From contig JBAZVM010000003.1 of the NCBI GenBank assembly GCA_041660885.1, positions 38,894 to 102,893 of the forward strand: a DNA stretch of 64,000 nucleotides, read 5' to 3'. The translations under genes and the position numbers were made by a program. The stretch is from Patescibacteria group bacterium. GTDB taxonomy: Bacteria > Patescibacteriota > Patescibacteriia > UBA9570 > JAHJKD01. How positions within the stretch are numbered: position 1 is the stretch's first letter; every line of letters starts with the position of its first letter. The notes below the pieces were generated by a model. It ran no database searches and was not told the DNA's origin. It worked only from the letters and a program-made list of their open reading frames with translations. This document shows, piece after piece, positions 54,401 through 63,030 of this stretch.

Positions 54401-54475
54401 CCTTCGTCCCGCCTGCGGCGGGACTTCGGTGGGCACGGCCCACCGTTGCTCTGTTTTATACAGACTTCGGTGGGC
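54396..54475 (+). other. GC-rich hairpin cluster starting in the tRNA-Tyr 3' end (alternating GCCCACC / GGTGGGC segments)
   Basis: The segments are GCCCACC (54396-54402), ttc, GTCCCGCC-tgc-GGCGGGAC, ttc, GGTGGGC (54428-54434), acg, GCCCACC (54438-54444), a gap, then GGTGGGC (54469-54475). Several mutually exclusive pairings are possible. Confidence 0.6.
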
Positions 54476-54503
54476 GTGTCTTCCTTAATATTATATATAA
54501 AGC

Positions 54504-54749
54504 ATGTATTTTGTTTATATTTTAAAGAGTGCAGCTGATAATAATTTATATATTGGCTCAACTGATAATTTAGATAGAAGAATTCAAGAACATAATACCG
54601 GTAATGTAAATTCGACAAAAAATAGAAGACCATTAAAATTAAAATGCTATTTCGTTTTTGAAGAAAGAAAAACCGCAGCACAATTTGAAAAGTATCTAAA
54701 AACCGGATCTGGTAAGGCATTCGCTTATAAACACTTTAATATTAAATAA
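54504..54749 (+). CDS. GIY-YIG nuclease family protein (81 aa, UPF0213-like)
   Basis: MYFVYILKS..NNLYIGSTDNLDRRIQEHN.G......NRRPLKL matches the GIY-(10 aa)-YIG, R and E core of small GIY-YIG proteins. Confidence 0.8.
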   Translation: MYFVYILKSAADNNLYIGSTDNLDRRIQEHNTGNVNSTKNRRPLKLKCYFVFEERKTAAQFEKYLKTGSGKAFAYKHFNIK

Positions 54750-54828
54750 GTATTCAGGGTTCGAATTTTAACCTACGTAGCCCGAAGGGCGAAGTAGGTC
54801 CCTCCCGGGATACAATAAAATAAAAAAT

Positions 54829-55719
54829 ATGAATTACGGCGACATCTTAAAAAAATCATACCAGCTTACCAAAAAGTATAAAATTTTATGGTTACTTGGT
54901 TTATTAATAGGTGGTGGGTCTTCTTACAGCGGAAACTATAGTTTCAGCGGTTTAGGCGATTCAGAACTCGGCAATGATTTAACAAACGAATTTGATTTTT
55001 CCATTATTCAAGATTATTGGTATATCGTAGCCGTATTAATGCTTTTGGTGCTGCTCTTTGTATTGGTGGCGGCTGTTATTTCCATTATGGCGCGCGGCGG
55101 CTTGTTTCATGGTGTTCATCAAGCGCAGGAAGATAAAAAACCTTCTTTTAAAGAAAGTTTCTATGTGGGCGCCGGAAAGTTTTGGCGCGTGTTGAGCATT
55201 CAATTGGCTATGGTGGCCGTCATTGGCGCGGTGATATGCGTATTAATCATTCCGGCCGCGTTGCTCATGATCATTCCTGTGATCGGTTGGGTGATTGGCG
55301 GATTGCTATTAATTGTTGCCATTCTCTTGATTATCGTTTTAAGTTTAACTTTTGCTTTGTTAAGCAATTATATTTATTGTTACGCGGTTATTGAAAATCA
55401 AACGATTGTGCAATCTATTAAATCCGGCTGGGCGTTGCTTAAAAAGAATTTAGGCGAATCCATTATCATGGCTTTGATTATTTACGGCATTGGCTTTGGC
55501 GCGGCTTTAGTGATAATTTTTTCCCTGATATTAATCTTAGCAATTTTTGGCGGGGTCGGCTTCTTATTATATTTAGCGTTTAAATGGATTGGAGTGGGAA
55601 TAGCCGCCGCTATTGCCTTAATAGTTTTGATGGTTATTGGTTTATTGCTAAGAGGAGTTTTAAATGTATTTACATATTCTTGCTGGGTTTATACTTTTAA
55701 AGAATTAAAAGGAAAATAG
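54829..55719 (+). CDS. Polytopic membrane protein, hypothetical
   Basis: A 296-aa ORF with 5-6 long hydrophobic segments. Confidence 0.6.
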   Translation: MNYGDILKKSYQLTKKYKILWLLGLLIGGGSSYSGNYSFSGLGDSELGNDLTNEFDFSIIQDYWYIVAVLMLLVLLFVLVAAVISIMARGGLFHGVHQAQEDKKPSFKESFYVGAGKFWRVLSIQLAMVAVIGAVICVLIIPAALLMIIPVIGWVIGGLLLIVAILLIIVLSLTFALLSNYIYCYAVIENQTIVQSIKSGWALLKKNLGESIIMALIIYGIGFGAALVIIFSLILILAIFGGVGFLLYLAFKWIGVGIAAAIALIVLMVIGLLLRGVLNVFTYSCWVYTFKELKGK

Positions 55720-55724
55720 ATATC

Positions 55725-56834
55725 ATGAATTTTATTGCTGATCAAAGAACAGAAATTCCAGGTAAGAGAAAAAGTCGTTGGGATAAATTAAAAGGCACTA
55801 GATTTGAGCGAGTTTTATTATTGGTAGGAATTCCTTTGGCCACGCTTGGTGCCGCAGAATATACCAGAGAAAAAGCTAACGAAGCCATTGATGCGCGTGA
55901 CATGGAAGAGATGTTGTATAAAACGTCTTATGAAGTTAACCCAAGAATAAATAATTTGGAAACTCCTTGGGATCCTCGTGAAAATGTTGAAACGGAAAAT
56001 GCCATACATAACCTTGATTTTACTCAAGAATTCAAAAAAACCGGTTTGGAATTAGATTCTTTTTATATGTGTTCGTCTGTTGATAAAAATGGCCAAAAAA
56101 TTATAGATGGTTGGTCATATGAATTGTTGAATGGAAATGTGGTTCCGGTTGGCAGTAAAGAATTAAGGAAAGAAATAATATATGATTGGGGAGTTCCGCC
56201 CAGCCAGATGATTATGACGCGCGCAATAATTCTTGACTCTACTTTCGTTCGACCATCCACAATGGCAGGGCCTAGCCAGTATTTGATCCCAAGAATTCCC
56301 GGAGAGTATTCTTTTCCACCTGTTTTTCAAGATAAAGAACAAGAATATTGGAAGCAAAGGTTAGATGATGATGTGGAATTATCATTGTCTGTCATTCAGA
56401 AGTTAGAATTAACCGAACAACCGCCGGAAACGCAAGAGATGGTAAAGAAAGCACTGGGTGATATTTTTGTAAGACAGACCGCTTATGATATCGAATATGT
56501 GAGTGTGGGGGCTAATATGTCGCAATTTACTACTCAGCCGGAGATTAGAGATTCATTAAAAGCTGATAAAATAAAAAAATTAGAAACAGCGCGGGATCGT
56601 TTAATAAAAGCTTATGAAGAATTATACCAAATTGAACCAGATGATAACGATCTGCGCATTTTAAAAGAAAATAATATTACTGCCATTGCCGGTAAAGATG
56701 TGGCTTTTTTTGGAATAGCAAAGAAATTATCAATTGCTACCGGATATGATACGGATTTTTGGACCAATGAATATAACCAGCGCTTAGAGCCGCTGCCAGT
56801 AGAAGAGCCAACAGATGCGGTTGCGCAATTATAA
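55725..56834 (+). CDS. Hypothetical protein with an N-terminal membrane anchor (369 aa)
   Basis: Long ORF 6 nt after the previous gene, with one TM segment (FERVLLLVGIPLATLGAAEY). Confidence 0.55.
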   Translation: MNFIADQRTEIPGKRKSRWDKLKGTRFERVLLLVGIPLATLGAAEYTREKANEAIDARDMEEMLYKTSYEVNPRINNLETPWDPRENVETENAIHNLDFTQEFKKTGLELDSFYMCSSVDKNGQKIIDGWSYELLNGNVVPVGSKELRKEIIYDWGVPPSQMIMTRAIILDSTFVRPSTMAGPSQYLIPRIPGEYSFPPVFQDKEQEYWKQRLDDDVELSLSVIQKLELTEQPPETQEMVKKALGDIFVRQTAYDIEYVSVGANMSQFTTQPEIRDSLKADKIKKLETARDRLIKAYEELYQIEPDDNDLRILKENNITAIAGKDVAFFGIAKKLSIATGYDTDFWTNEYNQRLEPLPVEEPTDAVAQL

Positions 56835-56870
56835 ATAGGTTGACAAAAAGAGTTTTTTTAATAATAATAG

Positions 56871-56943
56871 GCCGAAGTAGCTCAGCTGGTAGAGCAACAG
56901 TTTTGTAAACTGTAGGTCGTCGGTCCGAATCCGACCTTCGGCT
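56871..56943 (+). tRNA. tRNA-Thr (anticodon TGT)
   Basis: Acceptor GCCGAAG/CTTCGGC, D arm GCTC-AGCTGGTA-GAGC, anticodon stem ACAGT/ACTGT with loop TTTGTAA, and T arm GTCGG-TCCGAAT-CCGAC. Confidence 0.9.
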
Positions 56944-56989
56944 CCGTTTGAAAGAAGATATAATTAATAATTGAAAATTAAGAAAAAAT

Positions 56990-57151
56990 ATGTCACAAGA
57001 TAATCTGGTAAAAATGGAGTGCAAGGAGTGCAAGAAAACCACCCATTACACCAAAAAGAATAAAAAGAAGTTGCACCAAGCGGGTAAACTGCAATTGAAG
57101 AAACATTGCAAATTTTGCCACAAGCACACTCCGCACAAAGAAACGAAATAA
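56990..57151 (+). CDS. rpmG: 50S ribosomal protein L33 (53 aa; below the ORF-track size cut-off)
   Basis: My own translation is MSQDNLVKMECKECKKTTHYTKKNKKKLHQAGKLQLKKHCKFCHKHTPHKETK. The CxxC...CxxC zinc ribbon and the ..L.LKK.C..C.KHT.HKETK ending are the L33 signature. Confidence 0.85.
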   Translation: MSQDNLVKMECKECKKTTHYTKKNKKKLHQAGKLQLKKHCKFCHKHTPHKETK

Positions 57152-57158
57152 TAATTGC

Positions 57159-57187
57159 GTAGAGACAGAACAATGTCCTGTCTCTAC
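57159..57187. repeat. REP-like hairpin sharing the GTAGAGAC arm with the RayT-internal palindrome; probable rpmG terminator
   Basis: GTAGAGACAG-aacaatgtc-CTGTCTCTAC, a perfect 10-bp stem, lies between the rpmG stop and tRNA-Trp. Confidence 0.75.
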
Positions 57188-57193
57188 ATCTAT

Positions 57194-57264
57194 AGGGGCG
57201 TCGGTTAATGGTAAACCAGCGGTCTCCAAAACCGCAACTGCGGGTTCGATTCCTGCCGCCCCTG
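57194..57264 (+). tRNA. tRNA-Trp (anticodon CCA)
   Basis: Acceptor AGGGGCG/CGCCCCT, anticodon stem GCGGT/ACCGC with loop CTCCAAA, and T arm GCGGG-TTCGATT-CCTGC. It is 71 nt. Confidence 0.88.
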
Positions 57265-57426
57265 CCTCTTTATTTGCATCGTCCATAATTTAATATCTTG
57301 ATTCGCTAGATATAAAAATATTCTTTGATTAAAGGTGTTTTTTTTGATATATTAAAGCATATGGAGAGACTATTTTGATAAAGAATCAAAAGAAAGAATA
57401 TGATAATAATAAGGCAGATTAAATAT

Positions 57427-58467
57427 ATGAAAAAAATTATTATCCCATTTTTTGTTTTAATGCTTGGTTTATTTTTTGTTTTAGAGTCAAATGCTGATAC
57501 AAGTCCTAGCATTAGGATGAAATCAAGCCGAACACGAATGGTAAAAGGCGATACAGTCACGATCTCGGGCAGAGTTATTCCCAAAAAGGCCGGGGTGGCT
57601 GTTAATATCTTGCGAAGCCAGAATGATCCGTCTGATGGATATAAAATTATCAAAACTGTGGCCACAGATAAATATGGAAAATATTCGGCAGATATCATTT
57701 TAATGAAAACAAGGCGTATTAGAACCTTTTACAAATATTCAGGCAAAAAAATTTATAGCATTAGAAGAAAAGTGGTAATAAATAATAAAGTATTAATTGT
57801 TCCCGGCTATGAAAATGCTAAAGAAGCTCTGTCAACCGGAACAATATTAGTAAATAAAACCGGCGATTGGGACTATACGGGAAACCCAGAAGATAATTCT
57901 TTTCCATATCCAATAGACTTTATTGACATTAAAGATATTTACCTCGGGATTGATGAGGATAATCTCTATGTCTTGACTGTTTTCGATGGCATATGGCCAG
58001 AGAATAATAGCGATTGGCCTTCGTTTGATGGCGATCACGTTACTAGTTATTCATTTAGTATTGCCATTGATAGCGATAATAACCCAGATACCGGTTGTCT
58101 ATCTGACGGTGGCGTAGAAATGACTTTAGATATTGGTGCAACCAAGAATGTAGAAACGGGAACATACAATCATTATAGAACAAATCCTACCGGAATAGAA
58201 TTTCCAGAAGAAGATAGGTATGAGAATTTTTATTTTTTTGATGGAAAAATTATTGGAGGCCCTGGTTATGATTATTTTATTAATATTTATCCTCTAAGTA
58301 ATTTAAATTTAACAAAGGGCCAGGCAGTTTCTCTTAAAATAAAATCTGAAGCAGAAAGTAAAGCATATTCCCATGCTTCCGCCGACGACATCAATTGGTA
58401 CGATGGCCCAGGAGTAAATAATATTTTTGTAACTCTTGGAAAAAATGAGACTATAAATATTGATTAA
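57427..58467 (+). CDS. Secreted hypothetical protein (346 aa)
   Basis: Signal peptide MKKIIIPFFVLMLGLFFVLESNA. I prefer the ATG at 57427 to the ORF-track start at 57400. Confidence 0.6.
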   Translation: MKKIIIPFFVLMLGLFFVLESNADTSPSIRMKSSRTRMVKGDTVTISGRVIPKKAGVAVNILRSQNDPSDGYKIIKTVATDKYGKYSADIILMKTRRIRTFYKYSGKKIYSIRRKVVINNKVLIVPGYENAKEALSTGTILVNKTGDWDYTGNPEDNSFPYPIDFIDIKDIYLGIDEDNLYVLTVFDGIWPENNSDWPSFDGDHVTSYSFSIAIDSDNNPDTGCLSDGGVEMTLDIGATKNVETGTYNHYRTNPTGIEFPEEDRYENFYFFDGKIIGGPGYDYFINIYPLSNLNLTKGQAVSLKIKSEAESKAYSHASADDINWYDGPGVNNIFVTLGKNETINID

Positions 58468-58469
58468 TT

Positions 58470-59351
58470 CTAATACGTATTTAATTCTCTATCCGGATTG
58501 GCGCGAAAGGGAATTACGGAAAAGTTTTGATTGCTTGCTTTATAAAGATATTCAGCTTCTTTTTCTTCTTTGATATATTCAACATTCAGTATCAAATTAT
58601 TATGATTGGCATAGCGCTTTAATAATTTTTTGCGATATATTCTGTCGGATTTTGAAGTATTGTAAAATAAATCTTCAATACCAATGCAGTTGGTATTTTC
58701 CCAGTATAGATCGCGGTATGATGCTCCGGCATCATCAATAATTGATTCGCCATTTTGCGGGCAAATGATAGATTGATTCTGCGTTTCCAGATTTTCCCGA
58801 ATTTTTTGTATGAGTTTAACCATGCGGTTGGCGGATTTTTTCGTACCAAAACCGTGATTGCCCCAATAATAATATCCGTCGATAATATCCAAATAGACTC
58901 CATCAAAACCCGCTGCTTCAATGCGGTCGAGATAGGGAAGTATCCCAGTTTCCCACCAAGCATCGTGCCAATATTTCACTTTATAGTTGCCTGCCCAATT
59001 TTTATTCTCCGGCCCCAGCCAAGCGGGCGGATCATTGGCCCAGGCGTCTTGCCAGTAAAAACGATATTCCTCCGCTTCGCCAAGGGATAGATAGGCAAGA
59101 ACGATTTTTCCGCTATCTCGCAAATTTTGTATTTGTTCGTAGGTATACGCTTCATCGTCTGTGCCGTCTTTGGAGTAATCAATAACCACAATATCATATG
59201 CGGTGCTAGCTAATGCTTCCGTATCCGCGTCCTGCAATTGATAAACCCATGAATCCACGTTTTTCCAGATGTCGTCATTTAATGCTTGTGCTGTTGTACT
59301 AATAAAAAAGCCGGGAAAAATTATTAGAAGTGAAAATAATATTTTTTTCAT
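58470..59351 (-). CDS. Secreted GH114-like / TM1410-family glycoside hydrolase (endo-alpha-1,4-polygalactosaminidase-like)
   Basis: Signal peptide; WVYQLQ, YDIVVIDYS, GKIVLAYLSLGEAEEYRFYW, NYKVKYWHDAWW and AGFDGVYLDIIDGYYYW match the TIM-barrel GH114/PelA-hydrolase-like pattern. Confidence 0.65.
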   Translation of the reverse strand: MKKILFSLLIIFPGFFISTTAQALNDDIWKNVDSWVYQLQDADTEALASTAYDIVVIDYSKDGTDDEAYTYEQIQNLRDSGKIVLAYLSLGEAEEYRFYWQDAWANDPPAWLGPENKNWAGNYKVKYWHDAWWETGILPYLDRIEAAGFDGVYLDIIDGYYYWGNHGFGTKKSANRMVKLIQKIRENLETQNQSIICPQNGESIIDDAGASYRDLYWENTNCIGIEDLFYNTSKSDRIYRKKLLKRYANHNNLILNVEYIKEEKEAEYLYKASNQNFSVIPFRANPDRELNTY

Positions 59352-59387
59352 ATTATAATTATATCAATTGCCCCATATTTTGGCTAA

Positions 59388-59396
59388 TGGTATAAT
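59388..59396 (+). promoter_or_regulatory. Extended -10 element (TGgTATAAT)
   Basis: tggTATAAT at 59388-59396, 28 nt upstream of the ATG at 59424. Confidence 0.4.
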
Positions 59397-59423
59397 ATAA
59401 AAATAATAATTTAAATAAAAAAA

Positions 59424-59879
59424 ATGAAAAAAACTTTTTATTTGATGCTCGTTGTTTTGTTCATCGGTTTGGCGCTTTATGCAGCCATGCCCGGGCAAAC
59501 AAAAGCCATGACAATACAGGATAGATTTAATGGCAATGCTTATAATGGGACATGGGAATTAACAAGCGATCCCTGCGAGCCGGAAAACGTTGGCAATACC
59601 GGATATATTTCTTTTCAAACACTCAGTTTGAAAAGAAAAGGCGGATTAAAAGTTAATAATGCCGTTTGGTTCGATGAAACTAGTGTTACCATGACCGGGC
59701 GAGTATATAAAAAGAATGATAAATTTCGCGTAAGATTCACTTATCCTGTTGATGACACCAGCTGGGATGGATTAATCAAAGGAAGAATCACGCAAAAAAG
59801 AATTAGAGGCACTTATACTCATTCGTCAGACGGCTGCACATGGGGCGGGTCTTTTAATGCGCCAAGGCAATATAATTAA
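59424..59879 (+). CDS. Small secreted hypothetical protein (151 aa)
   Basis: Signal peptide MKKTFYLMLVVLFIGLALYAAMPGQTKA, in an ORF with coding-like composition. Confidence 0.55.
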   Translation: MKKTFYLMLVVLFIGLALYAAMPGQTKAMTIQDRFNGNAYNGTWELTSDPCEPENVGNTGYISFQTLSLKRKGGLKVNNAVWFDETSVTMTGRVYKKNDKFRVRFTYPVDDTSWDGLIKGRITQKRIRGTYTHSSDGCTWGGSFNAPRQYN

Positions 59880-61028
59880 TCAAGATCCGTACGTTCCGGT
59901 TATATAATCTTGTTCAATAATATTTCCCTGCATGTTTGTTTCCAATTCGGAAATTGTGGAAGCGGTTACAGTCGCGGTATTTAAAGCATAAATTTCCCAT
60001 TGATAACGATGGTTTTCTCCGCCCGGCGGGCAAGGGCCGCTATATTGAGTTAAGGAAAAATCATTTGGCAATTCCGTTCCGCCCGAAGGAACGCTATTTT
60101 GCGATACGGAAGATGCGCTGGAGGAAATATTTTTTACGCCCCAATGCATAAAATTTGAAGCATCAATGTCTCGCACGATAATAACAAAACTTTGCGTTCC
60201 AGCAGGCGCGGAAATCCAATTGAGTTCGGGGTTAACATCGCTTCCATCGCAAGTAAATTCCACGGGAATAGAGCCATTATCCGCAAAAGCGGGGCTTGAT
60301 ATGGTTAAACTGTCATCATCAACCACGGTTATGGTAGCCGGATTATTTATACTCGCTAAGGTGGCTCCGCTGGGATTTGATAATGTAATATAAAAAGTCT
60401 CGTTGTTTTCATTATCGATATCTTGCACCAAGCTTAAAGAAAGAGTGGCGGAAGTGGCTCCGCTGGGAATGGTTAGCGTGCCAGTAGCTGAGGTATAATC
60501 CGATCCTGATATAGCCGTATTATCCGATGTAGCGTACGAGACGGTTATATTGTTCGATGAAGCCGCGCTTATGTTAATCGCAACATCGATAGACACGGCG
60601 GATTCATTTCCGGAATATGCATTGGCGGAAAAATCCAAAGTTGGCGTTGTTTCAGTGATCTCTTCTTCTTCGATTTCGTCGTCCGTATTGGCGGTTCGCA
60701 CTTTTTTTAGATCAGACCAAGGCCCGGTAATTTCACCTTTTTTTGCGCGAACTTTAAAGTAATAAACTTTATTGCGTGTTAAATTATTTATTTTTTTTCT
60801 TAAATTTTTCGTTGAAACTATTTTAATTAATCCTTTGTTTCTATTTAATACTTTAATTTTATAATTCTCTGCGTTTGTCACCTTATTCCAGGCTAAGGTG
60901 ACGGAAGTATTGTCTTTTACTAAAACATGAACATTCGACACCTTTTTTAAAACCGTAATGGAATCCGCCTTTGGAGCATAGAAAAATGCTAAATTTATCA
61001 AGCAGACAAACAGTAATATTTTTTTCAT
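59880..61028 (-). CDS. Secreted fusion: basic FN3 module, Calx-beta domain and YbhB/YbcL-type PEBP domain
   Basis: Signal peptide; FN3 (VSNVHVLVKDNTSVTLAWNKV..YKIKVLNRNKG..YYFKVRAKKG..WSDLKKVRT); Calx-beta (ITVSYATSDNTAISGSDYTSATGTLTIPSG..ETFYITLSNPSGATLA); PEBP (FTCDGSDVNPELNWISAPAGTQSFVIIVRDIDA..HWGV..YSGPCPP.GENHRYQWEIYAL). Confidence 0.75.
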   Translation of the reverse strand: MKKILLFVCLINLAFFYAPKADSITVLKKVSNVHVLVKDNTSVTLAWNKVTNAENYKIKVLNRNKGLIKIVSTKNLRKKINNLTRNKVYYFKVRAKKGEITGPWSDLKKVRTANTDDEIEEEEITETTPTLDFSANAYSGNESAVSIDVAINISAASSNNITVSYATSDNTAISGSDYTSATGTLTIPSGATSATLSLSLVQDIDNENNETFYITLSNPSGATLASINNPATITVVDDDSLTISSPAFADNGSIPVEFTCDGSDVNPELNWISAPAGTQSFVIIVRDIDASNFMHWGVKNISSSASSVSQNSVPSGGTELPNDFSLTQYSGPCPPGGENHRYQWEIYALNTATVTASTISELETNMQGNIIEQDYITGTYGS

Positions 61029-61145
61029 ACCTCAATATTTAATGGTAATTACCCTTAATAATAACATATTATTAATATCATCGTATAGATAGTTTGTAGA
61101 AACTATAATCTATCAAAAAATTTATATTTGTGTTAATATTTAATT

Positions 61146-61487
61146 ATGAAAAAACAAATAATCGGTAAATTTAAAGAAGAGCCCAGAACAACAATAGCTT
61201 GGTTGGCGATCGGCCTGGGTTTGGTCGCCTGGTTCGGCGTTATTGTTTCGATCATTGTACAAGCAATATTATCACAGCCCGACAACGAAAAAATCTGTTT
61301 GATTATTGGTATAATTTTTATGGCTTTTGCCATTATCTGCGATCTCTCTTCTGTAATTACCGGCATTATAGCTCTTAAAAAAGGCGAACGATCGTGGCTA
61401 TTATGGGCAGTGTTTATTCCGGCGATATTGCTTTGCTGTTTTTGGAGTTTAGGTATTGTTGATTATTTTTTTAATAGTTTGTCATGA
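61146..61487 (+). CDS. Small membrane protein (113 aa)
   Basis: Three or four hydrophobic helices. It overlaps the next gene by 4 nt. Confidence 0.5.
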   Translation: MKKQIIGKFKEEPRTTIAWLAIGLGLVAWFGVIVSIIVQAILSQPDNEKICLIIGIIFMAFAIICDLSSVITGIIALKKGERSWLLWAVFIPAILLCCFWSLGIVDYFFNSLS

Positions 61488-63025
61488 AGAAAATAAAAAA
61501 AATCTGCGTAATTTTATTTGTTGCGTTTTTTTTAATTTCATTGAAACAAGTTGCGGCGGAAACATATTCAGTAACCAAAGAAGCAGACACACTAGACGGA
61601 ACTTGCGATGCGGATTGTTCTCTAAGAGAAGCGATTGATACCAGCAATGAAAGAGAAGGCTTGGATACGATACAAATTCCCAGCGGGCATTACACCATTA
61701 CTATAGAAGGTGTTGATGAGCAAGAAAACGCCACCGGAGATTTTAACGTGTTCGACGATGTGACCATCATCGGCAGCGGCATGGACGATACCATTATCGA
61801 CGGAAATTATTTGGATCGCGTTTTTGATTTGGAAGACAGTATATTTGATTGGAGTTCTTCGCAAGTGACCATTCAGGATTTAACCATACAAAACGGCGAA
61901 CTGCGTATTTACGAATCCAACTACGATTATTATTTGGGCGGGGGAGGAATTTTAAGTTATGGCGCGGTTTTAGAAATGACTAATGTAAAATTGCAAAATA
62001 ATAAAATATACGGCGCGGAAGGTGGGGGAGCGTATTTGAACAGAGACGCTTATTTAACCAATTGCGTGATTACGGGCAACTATTCCGATTCCATCGGCGG
62101 CGGGCTTTATCATTGGGATAGGCTGAATATAGAAGGAAGCACGATTACGAATAATACGGCCGATTATAACGGCGGAGGGATATACTTTGATTGCGAGGAT
62201 CCGGAAAATTCCTGTAATGATTGGTATTATTTGCGCATTGAGCATTCATCCATCAGCCATAATCAATCCGGCAGAGATGGCGGAGGCCTTTATGCTCAAG
62301 GAGAAGCTTACATAAAAAAAACCGATATTAGCGATAATATCGCCGAATCCGGAGGAGGTATTTATGTGGAGATATATAATAATATCATGTTGAATAAAGT
62401 AAATATGTACAGAAACAGCGCGGAAAAAGGAGGGGCTATTTATAATGGCAATCATGTTCAAGTTAAAAAATCTTTGCTTGCGGATAATAATGCCGCTTTA
62501 AAAGGCGGGGGAATTTACAATGAAGATACAATATTCGTTGGCAATAGCACTTTGTACAACAATTCCGCTGTTTTGGGCGGAGGGATTTATAACCACAGCG
62601 CCGGCCAGCAAAAAATATTATTCTCCACTATCTATGGCAACGACGCCTCAAATAAAGGCGGCGCAATCTATCAAGAAAATAAAGGCGTTTATTTTCAAAT
62701 AAAGAATTCCATTATCGCGGAAAACAATTGTGCGTCGGAAAAACATAAAAAGTTTATCGAATCTTTCGGTAATAATATCAGCGATAATGATTCCTGTTAT
62801 TTTAATCATGAATCCGATCACGGCGGGATAAAAAAACAGATCGTAGAAGATACTTTGGCGGATAACGGCGGCTATACATTTACTTTGGCCTTGGCTTCAA
62901 AATCACCGGCCATTGATGCTATAGAACATTCTTCTTGTACGGATTTTGATAATGAAACTGTAAAATACGATCAAAGAAGAAAAAGAAGATTAAAAAAATG
63001 CGACGCGGGAGCTTATGAAAAATAA
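61484..63025 (+). CDS. Secreted Pmp-like/right-handed beta-helix protein with an N-terminal CSLREAI motif
   Basis: Signal peptide; DGTCDADCSLREAIDTSN; many GGG(I/L)Y(N/A) repeat turns; C-terminal ADNGGYT.T..L...SPAIDA......D.......DQR motif. Confidence 0.7.
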   Translation: MKKIKKICVILFVAFFLISLKQVAAETYSVTKEADTLDGTCDADCSLREAIDTSNEREGLDTIQIPSGHYTITIEGVDEQENATGDFNVFDDVTIIGSGMDDTIIDGNYLDRVFDLEDSIFDWSSSQVTIQDLTIQNGELRIYESNYDYYLGGGGILSYGAVLEMTNVKLQNNKIYGAEGGGAYLNRDAYLTNCVITGNYSDSIGGGLYHWDRLNIEGSTITNNTADYNGGGIYFDCEDPENSCNDWYYLRIEHSSISHNQSGRDGGGLYAQGEAYIKKTDISDNIAESGGGIYVEIYNNIMLNKVNMYRNSAEKGGAIYNGNHVQVKKSLLADNNAALKGGGIYNEDTIFVGNSTLYNNSAVLGGGIYNHSAGQQKILFSTIYGNDASNKGGAIYQENKGVYFQIKNSIIAENNCASEKHKKFIESFGNNISDNDSCYFNHESDHGGIKKQIVEDTLADNGGYTFTLALASKSPAIDAIEHSSCTDFDNETVKYDQRRKRRLKKCDAGAYEK

Positions 63026-63030
63026 CTGAT

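Noticed and set aside
54255-54720. Minus-strand ORFs (62 and 136 aa) overlapping tRNA-Tyr and the GIY-YIG gene
   Set aside because: They run through a tRNA gene and GC-rich hairpins and lie antisense to a recognisable GIY-YIG protein, so they are spurious.
56964-57286. Minus-strand ORFs overlapping rpmG, the REP-like hairpin and tRNA-Trp (these contain ..DVETGHCSVSTQ..)
   Set aside because: The peptide is the translation of the palindrome and the tRNA. The real features on the plus strand, L33 and tRNA-Trp, explain the region.
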